From NCBI GenBank assembly GCA_964016885.1, contig OZ024741.1, forward strand, positions 168,206,001 to 168,270,000: a stretch of DNA of 64,000 nt. The letters run 5' to 3'. The stretch is from Eledone cirrhosa (taxonomy: Eukaryota). Below the pieces are notes generated by a model. The model was not told the DNA's origin and made no database searches. It saw only the letters and a list, made by a program, of their open reading frames with translations. This document shows positions 62,766 to 64,000 of the stretch, piece by piece; the stretch's first letter is position 1; each line of letters opens with the position of its first letter. A program made the translations under genes and the position numbers.

Positions 62766-62916
62766 CATCAGGATAGAACCAGTTTTAAACAAGTTTGACT
62801 ATTACTCAATAGAGTGCTCAATACTTAAGATTGTAGAGTATGGCTATATTATAAAGAGTTGGAGTCCGACAGCTGAGGTCTTTCCGTTTCAACAGCTAGT
62901 TCCACACTCTTGATAA
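62766..62916 (-). mobile_element. Short (TA)n-flanked terminus related to 9443-9591
   Basis: Reverse complement tagctgttgaaacgg..gctgtcgg..actctacaatcttaagtattgagcactct. Confidence 0.55.
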
Positions 62917-62934
62917 TATATGTATATATGTATA

Positions 62935-63240
62935 TAAGACACTTTATTTCACATTGCTCCAGTTTACTCAGCTGTAGAAATGAGATGATATGACTGGGCT
63001 CCCTATCATTCCACTGCAAAGTGGTCGTGGAGGTGCCATGGCAAGAAAGCACCCAGCCCACACTGTAAAGTGAACATGTAGGCGCCACGGAAAAAAGCAC
63101 CCAGCACTCACTGTAAATGAGGTTGGTGTTAGGAAGGTCATCCAGCTGTAGAAATCAAGCCAGAATCAGTTCCCTTCCCACCCTTGCAAGCAGGGAGAAG
63201 CAGACGTGAAATGATGATGTTGATGATGATGATGATGATG
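62935..63240 (+). mobile_element. 5'-truncated SINE family C
   Basis: CORE-like body plus RTE tail. Confidence 0.85.
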
Positions 63241-63287
<47 letters not shown>

Positions 63288-63290
<3 letters not shown>

Positions 63291-64000
63291 TCATCACCGT
63301 TTTACGTCCATTCTTCCATGCCAGCATGGGTTAGATGGGTTGTCCTGTTGTGGGCAGTGCCTAGTCGGTTGACCTTGTCTTGCTCACACGGGAACTGATT
63401 TTGGCTTGATTTTGATAGCTGGATGCCCTTCTTAACACCAACCTCATTTACAGTGAGTGCTGGGTGCTTTTTTTCTGTGGCGCCTACATGACCACATTAC
63501 AGTGTGGGCTAGTTGCTTTTTTGCCGTGGCACCTCCACGACCACTTTGCGGTGGGGGCATATTGTCTATATGCTTCATCTTCAGCTTGTACCTGTGGGAA
63601 GTCGGGTCTTCTGTATTACTGCATGATGCCAGAGGCCACTGTCCTGTGTCATCGCCTTTGAGAGATGCAATTGGGTAAGGTCGGCTTTTATCACCTCATC
63701 CCAGGTCTTCTTGGGTCTCCCCATTCCACAGCTTCCATTGACTTCTGGTGCTCTGCACCGTTTTATGCAGCTGTCATCCTTCATACGCATCACATGTCTA
63801 TACCTTCCCTCCTGTGCATAGCATTTGATTCCTCTTATGCTCAGTCTCTCTCTCAATTCGTTTATGCTTTGCCGTTCACATATATTATTATTACACATCC
63901 ATCGGAGCATCTAAGCTTTGTTTCTTTCTAATCTACGCAAGTCTTCTACGCACAACACCCAGGTCTCACTACCATGTAACATTGCTGCTCGTATGCACGC
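63288..64000 (-). mobile_element. RTE LINE 3' part, running off the window
   Basis: LRWMCNNNICERQSINELRERL..GRPKKTWDEV plus 3' UTR. Confidence 0.93.

Overview
AT-rich, microsatellite-dense eukaryotic DNA made almost entirely of transposable elements. The SINE and LINE content is most consistent with an octopus or other cephalopod; this is an inference. Contents: one near-full-length decayed RTE (BovB-like) LINE with an internal PHD finger, plus many 3' fragments; two tRNA-derived SINE families; decayed R4/Dong-like, CRE-like and other LINE relics; a mariner and several MITEs; and two small candidate host exons. The most notable signal is a swarm of Penelope-like elements (RT plus C-terminal GIY-YIG with a CxCx5C linker, as in the Hydra clade) and their ORF-less termini, sitting in (TA)n tracts, often as fold-back structures. 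They carry about 12 hammerhead-ribozyme-like motifs. Most share an unusual form: AUA cleavage triplet, minimal stem III, and a long covarying stem II with a mismatch (usually C-C) fixed at its 4th position. A second oddity is a set of palindromic elements built around tRNA-like segments. All calls were made by eye, with no database searches; boundaries are approximate unless exact motifs are quoted.
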